A stretch of DNA of 64,000 nt from Acidobacteriota bacterium (GTDB taxonomy: Bacteria > Acidobacteriota > Vicinamibacteria > Vicinamibacterales > UBA2999): positions 1,044 to 65,043 of the forward strand of contig JANMDX010000328.1 of the NCBI GenBank assembly GCA_031376505.1, in the 5' to 3' direction. Positions 16,161-24,861 of this stretch are shown here, in pieces. The stretch's first letter is position 1. Each line of letters opens with the position of its first letter. Position numbers and translations under genes: made by a program. The notes below the pieces were generated by a model that made no database searches, had not been told where the DNA came from, and worked only from the letters and a program-made list of their open reading frames with translations.

Positions 16161-18584
16161 CTACTCGGGACGCCACACGAGGGCGACGAGTTGTACCTGC
16201 ACGCCGCCGCGCTTGGGCTTCACCACCACTCGGGCGCACGTCTCCGCAGCGTCATTCCACGCGTGCTGGACGGCCTGCAGCTCCGCGTCGAGCGTGTCGG
16301 CCAGCGCCTGGCGCTGCGCGGCCAGCGCGTCCTCGTTGGCCTTGGCGCGTGCGACGTCCTGAGTTTCCCGGCCGATGCGACCGACGCCGCGAGCGGCGGT
16401 CGTGGCGCGGCCGAGCGTGGCGACACTTGCCGCCTTGCGCCCGAAAATCGCCCCGAGCACGGTGGCGCCCACCGACATGGCCGTCGAGAGCTTCTGCTCC
16501 GACGCCTGCTGTTCTTCCCGCTGCACGGCGGCGCCTGCCTTGCGGATTTTCTCGTCGAGGGCGGCTAGCTTTGGTGCGTACTTGTCGCGCAGTATCGCGA
16601 CGGCCTCGTCGCGCGCCTCGCGCCGGGCGTGCGTGACCCGCGCCTGGAAGTCGCCGTCGCGCTCGCCCGGACGCGACACGACCCTTGTGCCTGGCGACTG
16701 CAGCAGCTCCACGCTTTGGGACCGGCCAGCCCATGATGCGAAATCCTTGGTCCACGTGACGTAGCTCTTGGGTTTTGCGGCCGGCGGCGGCAACGCGGCA
16801 AACGTCCCTCCGGACGCGGGCTCGCGCAGCAGTGCGTCCACGCCGAACGAGGCCGGCTCGGCGTGCTCCCAATCGGCTGCGACGGGTCCCTCGGTCAGTG
16901 GCGTCCACACGAGGATGTCGCTGGTCTCGTCGAGCCCGAGCTTGGCATCGACATACGACATGCGGGCCGCGCCCACGAGCATCGGCACCCACGAGGAGCC
17001 GGCGCCGGGCGCGAAGTACTGCGGCACGTCGGGCGGCACGATCGGCCGCGCCGCGGGCGTGGGTGGCGTCGCCGGACCAGCCGCTGCGGCCGGCGCCAGT
17101 TGAGGGGCGGGTGCGGAGATCCCCGGCGCCGGAGTCTGGGGCGCAGCGATCGCGGCGGCGTCCTTCTGCGGGGCCATCAGAGCGCGAATCTCGTCGCGTC
17201 CCATCGGCCCGCGCAGATATGACATCGACCACCGTGTCTGCAGCAGGACGGGCGCCGACTCGTGCACGTTGTGCAGCAGGAACACCCGCTTGTCGAGTCC
17301 CGAAAGAAGCGAGTCGAGGCTCTGGCGGTCGAACCCGCGGCCCGAACCAGACGCCACGCCTTCGAGGCCGTCGAGCACCCGCGCCTTGTCGCGCTCGGTC
17401 TGCAGACGGCCGAGGAACCACGTGCCGGCGTTGGCGAGCGCCTTGTAGTCGAGGTCCACGGGGTTCTGCGTGGAGAGCACGCAGCCGAGTCCGAAGGCGC
17501 GCGCCTGCTTCAGCAGCGTGAGCAAAGGCACTTTGCTCGGGGGATTGGCGGTCGGCGGCAGGAAGCCGAAGAGCTCGTCCATGTACAGCACGGCGCGCAG
17601 GGACGTCGTGCCGCGCTGTGCGCGCACCCAGGCGAGCACCTGCTCGAGGAGCAGAGCCACGAAGAACATGCGCTCGGCATCGCCGAGGTGGGCAATCGAG
17701 ACGACCGCGACGCGCGGCTTGCCGGTCGGGCCATACAGCATCCGCCCCACGTCAAGCGGTTCGCCTTCGAGCCACGTCGCGAATCCGGGCGCGGCCAGGA
17801 CGTTGTTGAGCCGCATCGCCAGGCCGAAGCGATCGTTGGCCGGATAGAACGACTCGAGGTCGAGCACGCCCACCTTGGTAACCGGGGGCGACTGCACCTG
17901 ACTGATGAGCGTCGGCAGATCGAGGTTACGGCCGGCGCGCCACGCCTCCTGCAGCAGTGTGGACACGAGTACGTGTTCGCGGCTGGTCGTCGGGTCGCTC
18001 GTGACGCCGGCCAGCGAGAGCAGACTGGTGGCGACTGACTGCACGCGCGCGGCCAGCAACTCGGGCTCGTCGGCCACGACCTTCGGTGGCGCGTTGAAGG
18101 TCTCGAGGATCGAGAGTGGCAGTCCGGAGCGGCTCCCAGGCGTGTAGACCGACACGTCGGCGGCGGCCTTGAGACGGCGGATCCGGTCGCCGTCCTGCCC
18201 CCACTCGGCCAGGCCGTTCTTCCAGCGCTCTGCCTCCTTTGCCGCGAACTGCTCGGTCGTGATCTGGTGCGCGCGGGCCTCGTCTGGATTCACCCACGGT
18301 GCGAACTCCTGCGCCGAGAGTCCAGGGAAGGTGAGCATCAGATTCGCGAGGTCACCCTTTGGATCGATCGCCAGTACGGGCAGGCCATCGATGGCGGCCT
18401 CTTCGATGAGCGTGATGCCAAGGCCGGTCTTGCCGCTGCCGGTCATGCCGATGCATACGGCGTGGGTCAGCAAGTCGGCCGAGTCGTAGAGCACCGGTTC
18501 GCTGGTGCGCTGTCGTGTGGCCGGGTCGTAGCGTCGACCAAGGTAGAAGAGTCCGAGCTGTTCGACGTCCATGGTACCCGGCAT
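16161..18584 (-). CDS. HerA/FtsK-superfamily P-loop NTPase (DUF87/DUF853-like) with a long C-terminal coiled-coil and Gly-rich region
   Basis: Track ORF trimmed to ATG 18584; the 260 upstream codons are Arg-rich and overlap the upstream gene. Walker A GMTGSGKTGLG, then PVLAIDPKGDL. Walker B AVLYMDELFGF. C-terminal LSTAMSVGATVLGAIFGRKAASVATLGRATTAARGVG tail. Confidence 0.85.
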   Translation of the reverse strand: MPGTMDVEQLGLFYLGRRYDPATRQRTSEPVLYDSADLLTHAVCIGMTGSGKTGLGITLIEEAAIDGLPVLAIDPKGDLANLMLTFPGLSAQEFAPWVNPDEARAHQITTEQFAAKEAERWKNGLAEWGQDGDRIRRLKAAADVSVYTPGSRSGLPLSILETFNAPPKVVADEPELLAARVQSVATSLLSLAGVTSDPTTSREHVLVSTLLQEAWRAGRNLDLPTLISQVQSPPVTKVGVLDLESFYPANDRFGLAMRLNNVLAAPGFATWLEGEPLDVGRMLYGPTGKPRVAVVSIAHLGDAERMFFVALLLEQVLAWVRAQRGTTSLRAVLYMDELFGFLPPTANPPSKVPLLTLLKQARAFGLGCVLSTQNPVDLDYKALANAGTWFLGRLQTERDKARVLDGLEGVASGSGRGFDRQSLDSLLSGLDKRVFLLHNVHESAPVLLQTRWSMSYLRGPMGRDEIRALMAPQKDAAAIAAPQTPAPGISAPAPQLAPAAAAGPATPPTPAARPIVPPDVPQYFAPGAGSSWVPMLVGAARMSYVDAKLGLDETSDILVWTPLTEGPVAADWEHAEPASFGVDALLREPASGGTFAALPPPAAKPKSYVTWTKDFASWAGRSQSVELLQSPGTRVVSRPGERDGDFQARVTHARREARDEAVAILRDKYAPKLAALDEKIRKAGAAVQREEQQASEQKLSTAMSVGATVLGAIFGRKAASVATLGRATTAARGVGRIGRETQDVARAKANEDALAAQRQALADTLDAELQAVQHAWNDAAETCARVVVKPKRGGVQVQLVALVWRPE

Positions 18585-18595
18585 TCTACCGGCCT

Positions 18596-20413
18596 TCACA
18601 CCTCGAGGCCCACCGATCGCATCAGCGCGAGGGCATTGCTCGTGCCGACGACGCCCGCGCGCAGGTGGTAATCGAATTCGAGTCCGCCCTGTTCGAGGCG
18701 GTCGGCGAAATGCATGTTGGCGGCGCGCGGCGCCAGTGCGCCGGCCAGATCGGTCAGCGCCAGGTCGTGGGTCGTGGCCATGCCGATGGCGCCGAGGGCG
18801 AGCAGGCCTCGCAGCACCCCCTCGGCGCCCTGGCGTCGGTCGTGTGAGTTGGTGCCGGACAGCAGTTCGTCGATGAGGAAGAGGGTGGCCGGTGCGCCGG
18901 CGTGTGCCCCGCGCGCCTGCTCCACGATCTGTCGCAGCTTGGTGATCTCGGCGAAGAAGCGGGAGCGGCCCGACTGCAGTGAATCCTGCACGCGCAGGGT
19001 GCCGGCCGGCATCAGCGGCGACAGCGTCATCTCGAGGGCGCAGACCGGCGCGCCGGCCTGCGCTAGGACCACGTTGACGCCCACGGCGCGCAGCCACGTG
19101 CTCTTCCCCGACATGTTCGAGCCGCTGACGATGACGAGGTGCGGCGCCTCCCCGCCAAGCGCGAGGTCGTTGCTCACGGCCGTGCCGACGGGCAACAGCG
19201 GATGGGTGAGTCCGCGCGCCAGAATCCGTGGCGCGCCCTCGACGAAGGTTGGAAAGACCGCGTCGGGATGCTCCGCCGCATAGGTGCCCAGGGCGGCCAT
19301 CGCCTCGAGTTCGCCCAGCGCAGCCGTCCAGTCGGGTATGAAGCGACCAGCGCGCTCGCGCCACCGGTCCACGGCCCAGGCCAGCTGCGTGGCCCAGAAC
19401 AGCAGGACTGAAATCGGCCCGAAGATCTGATTCTGGCGCGACGTCAGCAGCTCGACAAGACGAGTCAGACGCTGGATCTCGCGCGAGGCCGGCAGCCCAC
19501 TAGCGGCGAGCCGTCGCTGCACCTCCTGGAGCGCTGGCGCGTCGAAGGACTCAGCCTCGATGCGGGCGATGAGAGCCGCGGCGAGCGCCAGGTCCCTAGC
19601 CCGTGGTTCGACCTCGCGGATGACCCTCACGACGCGGCGCCGAAGCCCCCAGCCGGTGAGCGCCTGGAGCGCGACAAGCCCGCCCAGCCACAGCGGCGGC
19701 TCGCCGCTGGCGATCCACAGGCCGACACTGACCATCGTAGCGCCTGATAGCAGGCCCAGGGCAATCGGTGCCCAAAGGGGCACTGTGCTCGTGCGGGCGC
19801 TGGCCCATGCGCCAAGCGCGGCTGTCGCCGCCGCGTGCGGCATGTCGGGCCCGAGCACTGCCAGGTCCTCGCGCAGAGCGTCTCGCGTCGCCAGGTCGGT
19901 CGTCGCCGCCTGGCGAGCGCGTACGGCCTCTGGCGGGGCCGGATGCACCAGCCACCCGGCCAGCGTGGCGTAGCCGGCCTCGGTGCGCGGCGTCGACAGC
20001 AAGTCGAAGAGACTGGCGGGTCCGAAGAGGTCGAGGTCGTCGGCGTAGGGATGCTCGGGTGGCACGAACTGCTGGCCGGTCGCGCCTCGCCCGTGCCAGC
20101 GATCCTCGAGTCGTGCAATGCCGTCGTCCACGTATGCGAGGACGCGGCGCACGCGGGCCTGGGCCGCAAGCAGCCGGGCATGCGTCACGGCAAGGCCGAG
20201 AAAGAGCAACGCCGGCAGCACAAGCCAGAGCGGCGCAAGGTGACGGGTGCCAAACGCGAGCACCGCGATCACCGCGGCCGTGCCCGCGACCGCCAGACGC
20301 AGATTAGCGAGGCGGTGGTGGCGGGCGTCGAGGGCGGCGCCGTCGGCGCTCAGCCGATCCCTCCGGCCCGCGTAGGCGGCGGCTACGGCCGTACGATGCC
20401 GTCGGTGGTCCAC
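18596..20413 (-). CDS. membrane-embedded MutS-related protein (MutS domain III/V ATPase, no mismatch-binding or Smr domain seen)
   Basis: C-terminal MutS ABC ATPase: VIVSGSNMSGKSTWLRAVG (Walker A), FLIDELLSGTNSHDR (Walker B), ATTHD. Hydrophobic helices lie in the N-terminal half. Proposed GTG start at 20413 (VDHRRHRTAVAAAYAGRRDRL...), overlapping the upstream stop by 31 nt; start uncertain. Confidence 0.8.
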   Translation of the reverse strand: MDHRRHRTAVAAAYAGRRDRLSADGAALDARHHRLANLRLAVAGTAAVIAVLAFGTRHLAPLWLVLPALLFLGLAVTHARLLAAQARVRRVLAYVDDGIARLEDRWHGRGATGQQFVPPEHPYADDLDLFGPASLFDLLSTPRTEAGYATLAGWLVHPAPPEAVRARQAATTDLATRDALREDLAVLGPDMPHAAATAALGAWASARTSTVPLWAPIALGLLSGATMVSVGLWIASGEPPLWLGGLVALQALTGWGLRRRVVRVIREVEPRARDLALAAALIARIEAESFDAPALQEVQRRLAASGLPASREIQRLTRLVELLTSRQNQIFGPISVLLFWATQLAWAVDRWRERAGRFIPDWTAALGELEAMAALGTYAAEHPDAVFPTFVEGAPRILARGLTHPLLPVGTAVSNDLALGGEAPHLVIVSGSNMSGKSTWLRAVGVNVVLAQAGAPVCALEMTLSPLMPAGTLRVQDSLQSGRSRFFAEITKLRQIVEQARGAHAGAPATLFLIDELLSGTNSHDRRQGAEGVLRGLLALGAIGMATTHDLALTDLAGALAPRAANMHFADRLEQGGLEFDYHLRAGVVGTSNALALMRSVGLEV

Positions 20414-20976
20414 AGATACAGCGTGCGGCGATGGTTCGAGGTGTCGGTGAAGGTCTCGACCTTCTCCGGCGCCCAGTCGCCGAAACCGAAGTTGTGCGCC
20501 ACGATGCGCGTACCGGGCTTGAGGGCCCGCGTGAGGATCGGCCGCAGTCTCAAGTTCGAGGCCGTGAGCAGGTACGTGGTGACGACCGTCGCTGACGACA
20601 CGTCGGTCGTGAGCGCGTTCTCGAGTTTGAAGGTGACCAGACGCGACACGCCCTCGCGGGCGGCATTGGCGTTCGCCTCTGCGATGCGCTGCGGATCGAT
20701 GTCGACCCCGATGCCGCGCGCGCCGTACACTCTGGCCGCGGTAATCGGAATGCGCCCGTCGCCGCATCCCAGATCCATGACCACGTCAGCTTTCGTGACC
20801 CTGGCGAGCGTCAGCATGCGGTCCACGACCTCTTGCGGCGTCGGGACGTAGGGCGCCAGCTTCGGCGCGATGAGGCGTGCAGTGCCCGCCGGGGCTGCTT
20901 GGCGGCTGGCCTCGAGCAACGGCGCGACGAGTGCCAGGCCGAGCGCGAAGACGACCCCGGTTGCTGCACGCCGCAT
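20383..20976 (-). CDS. class I SAM-dependent methyltransferase with an N-terminal signal or anchor sequence
   Basis: Trimmed to ATG 20976: MRRAATGVVFALGLALVAPLLEAS, then YVPTPQEVVDRML...VVMDLGCGDGRIPITAA (motif I) and GIGVDID. Confidence 0.8.
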   Translation of the reverse strand: MRRAATGVVFALGLALVAPLLEASRQAAPAGTARLIAPKLAPYVPTPQEVVDRMLTLARVTKADVVMDLGCGDGRIPITAARVYGARGIGVDIDPQRIAEANANAAREGVSRLVTFKLENALTTDVSSATVVTTYLLTASNLRLRPILTRALKPGTRIVAHNFGFGDWAPEKVETFTDTSNHRRTLYLWTTDGIVRP

Positions 20977-21108
20977 GCGCCCAGCATACTCAGATTGGCC
21001 GGGGCTGGCTGGGAACGCGAGGGTAACCCTCGGCGCTGCATCATTTAGGGCGATAGGCCGGTGCAACTCCGCGCAGGCGAAAACCCTCGATTTTTCGGGC
21101 ATTTTCGA

Positions 21109-21137
21109 TAGGCAGACGGCCAAACCTCGGCTATAAT
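21109..21137 (+). promoter_or_regulatory. putative sigma-70-type promoter of carD
   Basis: Perfect TATAAT at 21132-21137 in a locally AT-richer stretch. A weak -35 (TAGGCA) lies 17 nt upstream. It sits about 65 nt before the proposed carD start. Confidence 0.4.
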
Positions 21138-21201
21138 GGACAGGTCCTTGAGGGCAGATTACCCGCCCTTTCGACCCACCCATCCTTGGAACGGGGGCCA
21201 C

Positions 21202-21816
21202 GTGTCATTTTCGGTCGGCGACAAGGTCATCTACCCCAATCACGGTCTCGGCGTCGTGGAAAAAGTCGAGGAAAAGACCATCCTCGGCACCACCTGCGGC
21301 TTCTTCCATCTGCGAATCCTGTCAAACGACACGACGGTGCTCGTGCCGGTAGCCAACGTCGACAACGTCGGGCTGCGGCGGGCGATTGACGACGAAGAAG
21401 TCGAGCGACTGTTTGGCAAACTCGGCGACGGCAAGATCGACAACCACGCGAACTGGAAGGGCCGTTTCAAGGACAACTCCGACAAGATGCGGAGCGGCTC
21501 AATTGCCGACATGGCCGACGTGCTCAAGAGTCTCACGTTTCTGGCCAAGTCGAAGAGCCTCTCGTTTCGCGAGAAGCGGATGCTCGACCGCGCCAAGTCA
21601 CTGATCGTGTCCGAAGTGTCCGAGGTCATGCGGGTCACCCCCGGCGAGATCGAAGACCGCGTCGAGAAGTCGCTCGAGCGCGGCTTTACGGTGAAGGCCA
21701 GAAACGCGCTGCGTGCCGAAACGCGCGCTGGCGCGAAAGCGGCGCCGGCCAAGGCGGTTGTTCCGCCCGCGCCGGTTGCGGTCGCTGCCAAGGCTCGTCA
21801 AGCGCGAGCCTCGTAG
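21202..21816 (+). CDS. carD: CarD/CdnL-family RNA-polymerase-binding transcription regulator
   Basis: GTG start at 21202: VSFSVGDKVIYPNHGLGVVEKVEEKTILG...FFHLRI (Tudor-like RID), followed by NWKGRFKDNSDKMRSGS and FREKRMLDRAK. Confidence 0.9.
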   Translation: MSFSVGDKVIYPNHGLGVVEKVEEKTILGTTCGFFHLRILSNDTTVLVPVANVDNVGLRRAIDDEEVERLFGKLGDGKIDNHANWKGRFKDNSDKMRSGSIADMADVLKSLTFLAKSKSLSFREKRMLDRAKSLIVSEVSEVMRVTPGEIEDRVEKSLERGFTVKARNALRAETRAGAKAAPAKAVVPPAPVAVAAKARQARAS

Positions 21817-21840
21817 CCCTCGGTCACTCGCTCACGTTAG

Positions 21841-21883
21841 AATGCCCGGTCCGGACGATGTCCGCGCCGGGCATTTGTTTTTT
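21841..21883 (+). terminator. Rho-independent terminator after carD
   Basis: Perfect 9-bp stem AATGCCCGG / CCGGGCATT (21841-21849 and 21867-21875), followed by TGTTTTTT. This argues against the track start at 21858 for the next gene. Confidence 0.75.
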
Positions 21884-21920
21884 GCGGCCCGGGCGAAACG
21901 GTGCGCCGGGTGGGAGTCTC

Positions 21921-22673
21921 GTGCCCGAGTTGGTGTCCACAGGGATCGCGACCGTCCGGTCGATTGCCGCCTATGTGCTGGCCGCGGCCTACGTCGCGGT
22001 GGTCGGCACGCTGGGACTGCTCGTCGTGTTGCCGTTCAAATGGAAGGGGCTGATGTACCTGCTTGGCCATGGCGGCGTCTGGTTGGCCCTCGGCGCCGCC
22101 GGCATTCGCTATCGCGTGGCCGGACGCCGTCATGTTCCGACCGGACGAGCCGTGGTGTTTTGCGCCAACCACCAGAGCAACGTCGACCCGCCGGTCCTCT
22201 TCCAGGCTCTGCACCCCCGGCTGCATGTTCTCTTCAAGGCTGAACTGCGGAGGTTGCCGATTCTCGGCGCCATCATGGAAGCCGGCGGCTTCGTGGCCGT
22301 GGAGCGCGGCCGTCGTGACGAAGCGCTCGCGTCCATCGACGTGGCCGCCGACTCGATTCGTCAGGGCAACTCATTCCTGATTTTCCCGGAGGGCACGCGC
22401 AGCCGCACCGACGAACTCTTGCCCTTCAAGAAGGGTGGCTTCATCATGGCGATCACGGCACAGGCGCCGATCGTGCCGGTAGCGGTCATGGGCGGCCGCG
22501 CGGCCATGCGGAAGGGCAGCGCCATCGTGCGGCCGGTCACTGTCTCGATCCGGGTCGGCGCGCCGATTGTTACGGCCGGCCGCACGCTGGCTGACCGCGA
22601 CGACGTGATTGGACAAGTACGGGCGGCCATCGAGGCGCTACTGGCCGAGGGCCCAGTGACGGCGGAAGAGTAG
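21921..22673 (+). CDS. plsC: 1-acyl-sn-glycerol-3-phosphate acyltransferase
   Basis: NHQSNVDP (HX4D) and FPEGTRS motifs. GTG at 21921 follows GGGAG and lies downstream of the carD terminator. Confidence 0.85.
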   Translation: MPELVSTGIATVRSIAAYVLAAAYVAVVGTLGLLVVLPFKWKGLMYLLGHGGVWLALGAAGIRYRVAGRRHVPTGRAVVFCANHQSNVDPPVLFQALHPRLHVLFKAELRRLPILGAIMEAGGFVAVERGRRDEALASIDVAADSIRQGNSFLIFPEGTRSRTDELLPFKKGGFIMAITAQAPIVPVAVMGGRAAMRKGSAIVRPVTVSIRVGAPIVTAGRTLADRDDVIGQVRAAIEALLAEGPVTAEE

Positions 22674-22675
22674 AC

Positions 22676-23281
22676 ATGGACCTGCTGGTCACGGCCGGGC
22701 GCACCCTCGGATTCTCGCTGGCGGCGGGCGTGAACCTGTACGCGACCGTGGCCATCCTGGGCCTCGCCACGCGGTTCCGGATCGTCGATCTGCCGCCGCA
22801 GTTCGCCGCGTTCAATCACCCGTGGATCATCGGGCTGGCGCTCGCGCTCTACCTGGTCGAGTTTGTCGCCGACAAGGTGCCGTGGGTCGACACACTCTGG
22901 GACACCGTGCACACGCTCGTGCGGCCGCTCGGCGGCGCGCTGATTGCCGTATCCACACTCGGCGACGCGGCGCCCTGGTTGCAGGGCCTTACGGCAATTG
23001 TCGGCGGCACGCTGGCCGCCGGCAGTCATTTCACGAAGGCGGGCACGCGGGCGGCGGTCAATCTGAGTCCGGAACCGCTCACCAACTGGGGCCTGAGTCT
23101 GGTGGGAGACGCGTTCGTCGTCGGGTTGGGAATGCTGGCGCTGACCTACCCGATCGTGGCGCTGGGGGTGACGGCGGTCTGCGCGGTTGCCATCGTGCTG
23201 TTTCTGCGCTGGCTCATCGGCTGGGTCCACCGCGCAGCATTGCCGCCAGCCGCCGGGCCAGGTGCGAGCCCCGCCGGGTAG
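22676..23281 (+). CDS. DUF4126-family integral membrane protein
   Basis: LAAGVNLYATVAILGL...EFVADKVPWVDTLWD...HFTKAGTRAAVNLSPEP pattern. Confidence 0.8.
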   Translation: MDLLVTAGRTLGFSLAAGVNLYATVAILGLATRFRIVDLPPQFAAFNHPWIIGLALALYLVEFVADKVPWVDTLWDTVHTLVRPLGGALIAVSTLGDAAPWLQGLTAIVGGTLAAGSHFTKAGTRAAVNLSPEPLTNWGLSLVGDAFVVGLGMLALTYPIVALGVTAVCAVAIVLFLRWLIGWVHRAALPPAAGPGASPAG

Positions 23282-23302
23282 CTGCCAGCCCTCGTTGCCA
23301 CA

Positions 23303-23608
23303 TCAATGCGGCAGGAACCGGTTGTAGATGGTCGCAATCGTCCGTCCGGCACCATAGCCGAGCACGAACGCGTACACAAAACCAACCACGCTGCCGACGT
23401 AGCTGACGCTGTACCCGGGAAGGTACACGCTCAGGAGGCCCAGATGTTGTCCCACGTCGTGACCACCGCGCGCCACCAACACGATGGTCGCTACAAAGAG
23501 CCCCACTGCCGTGACCGCGCCCAAGGCCAAGCCCCAGCCCTGCTCGCTGAAGCGAACCAACGTCTTCCTGATTTCCTGGACTTCTTCGCGCTTCAGAGTG
23601 TCGGCCAT
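23303..23608 (-). CDS. small two-TM membrane protein (101 aa), paralogue 1
   Basis: Trimmed to ATG 23608 (MADTLKREEVQEIRK...). Shares LALG..T...GL.VFVAT and LL..Y..GY.V...G..VGF..AF..G with the adjacent ORF. Confidence 0.6.
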   Translation of the reverse strand: MADTLKREEVQEIRKTLVRFSEQGWGLALGAVTAVGLFVATIVLVARGGHDVGQHLGLLSVYLPGYSVSYVGSVVGFVYAFVLGYGAGRTIATIYNRFLPH

Positions 23609-23624
23609 GATAAGGGCTCCCAAC

Positions 23625-23996
23625 CTAGATGTGGTCGAGGAAGTTACGGGAGAACTGCGCGCGCGTTCGCACAAAGAACAGCCACACGGCGGTGACGAAA
23701 TTGCGGACGAAGCCCAAGAACCACCCGCCAACGAAACCCACCGCAAAGGCCCACGCAAATCCGACTGCCGCACCGGTCCACGTCACGGTGTAGCCGTAGA
23801 AGTACAACGCGAGCAGTTCGAGATTCGGTTGCGGCTGCGGCTGCACCGCCACAATGAACGCGGTCGCGACAAAGACGGCCAGACCGCTCACAATCCCGGT
23901 GGCGACGCCCAGTGCCAACTTGTGGACCGGGGCGACCGCCAGCAGTACGGCCTCGTCGAGGTCGGCATCGGTTGGTGGTGGTGGATTGGCTGGCAC
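23625..23996 (-). CDS. small two-TM membrane protein (123 aa), paralogue 2
   Basis: GTG at 23996 lies 5 nt after GGGAGGAGG. Collinear with 23303..23608. Confidence 0.6.
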   Translation of the reverse strand: MPANPPPPTDADLDEAVLLAVAPVHKLALGVATGIVSGLAVFVATAFIVAVQPQPQPNLELLALYFYGYTVTWTGAAVGFAWAFAVGFVGGWFLGFVRNFVTAVWLFFVRTRAQFSRNFLDHI

Positions 23997-24072
23997 GAAG
24001 ACCTCCTCCCGGATGACTACGGGTCGCGCAAAGCGCGTGTCGCCAGACCCAACATCTGAGCAACCGCCTTCA

Positions 24073-24858
24073 TCATAAGCCCTTCGCGGCGCTTCGGCTA
24101 CCAATCAAGGATAGAGCCGCAAGCCCGTGGCGCGCCGCGCGGAGGACCCGCCGTCGGCTCACGCGGCGCCGGAATGCCGCCGTGCCCCAGTCCACGAGCG
24201 CTTCCGGTGCCTGAAAATAGTACATGTCGATCCTTGGCACCAGGTGTCGAAGGTCGTCGCCGGAGAACGCCCGGTACTCGGTCGTGCACGCCACGTCGAA
24301 AAGCGAGACGGCGGTTGCGGCCACATCGGGCGACACGTCGCCGTAAGGGTATGCAAACGCACTAACCGGCACGCCGAGCCGGTTGCACAGGTCTTGCTGC
24401 CCGCCCTCCATTTCGGCGCGGGCGCCGGAGGCCGTCATCGCCGGCAGGTGCGGGTGCGTGCGGGAGTGCGCACCGATCGTGGCGCCCGTCGAGGCGCAGT
24501 CGCCCGCCTCGTCCCACGACATCAGCGGCAGCACCGGAATGCCGGGCACGCGCCGTCCCCCCCAGACGTTGGTGCCCCCCACATGGCCGCTCACCAGGAA
24601 GACCGTGACCGGCAGGCCGGCATCTCGAAGGCGCGGCCACGCCGCCGCGGAGAAATTCGCGAAGCCGTCGTCGAAAGTGAGGGCCACCCGGTGCGGCGGA
24701 CCGTCGCTGGCGTCGGTTGCCTGCACCAGCGTGTCGAGCGGCTCGACCGTGACGTCGCCGCTCGTGAGCCACTCGACGTGCCGTGCGAAGGCCTCGAGCG
24801 ACACCGAAATGGGCGAGCCCGAGTCGTCGATCGAGTGATAGGTCAGCACCGCGCGCAT
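24073..24858 (-). CDS. polysaccharide deacetylase (NodB homology / CE4)
   Basis: LTFDDG motif, IGAHSRTHPHL His motif, and YPYG. Confidence 0.9.
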   Translation of the reverse strand: MRAVLTYHSIDDSGSPISVSLEAFARHVEWLTSGDVTVEPLDTLVQATDASDGPPHRVALTFDDGFANFSAAAWPRLRDAGLPVTVFLVSGHVGGTNVWGGRRVPGIPVLPLMSWDEAGDCASTGATIGAHSRTHPHLPAMTASGARAEMEGGQQDLCNRLGVPVSAFAYPYGDVSPDVAATAVSLFDVACTTEYRAFSGDDLRHLVPRIDMYYFQAPEALVDWGTAAFRRRVSRRRVLRAARHGLAALSLIGSRSAAKGL

Positions 24859-24861
24859 CGC

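Noticed and set aside
18585-19364. N-terminal extensions of track ORFs. Examples: 16161..19364 first 260 aa, 49907..51601 first 192 aa, 40876..42783 first 161 aa, 58883..61642 first 94 aa, 46512..49145 first ~250 aa and 20383..21201 first 75 aa.
   Set aside because: The extensions overlap well-supported upstream genes, are Arg-rich with no homology signal, and internal starts give canonical family N-termini (P-loop, GxGxxG, signal peptides).
16031-20976. tRNA-Leu-adjacent segment considered as an integrated genomic island or prophage remnant.
   Set aside because: I noticed no integrase, recombinase, transposase or phage gene, no partial tRNA direct repeat, and no compositional break.
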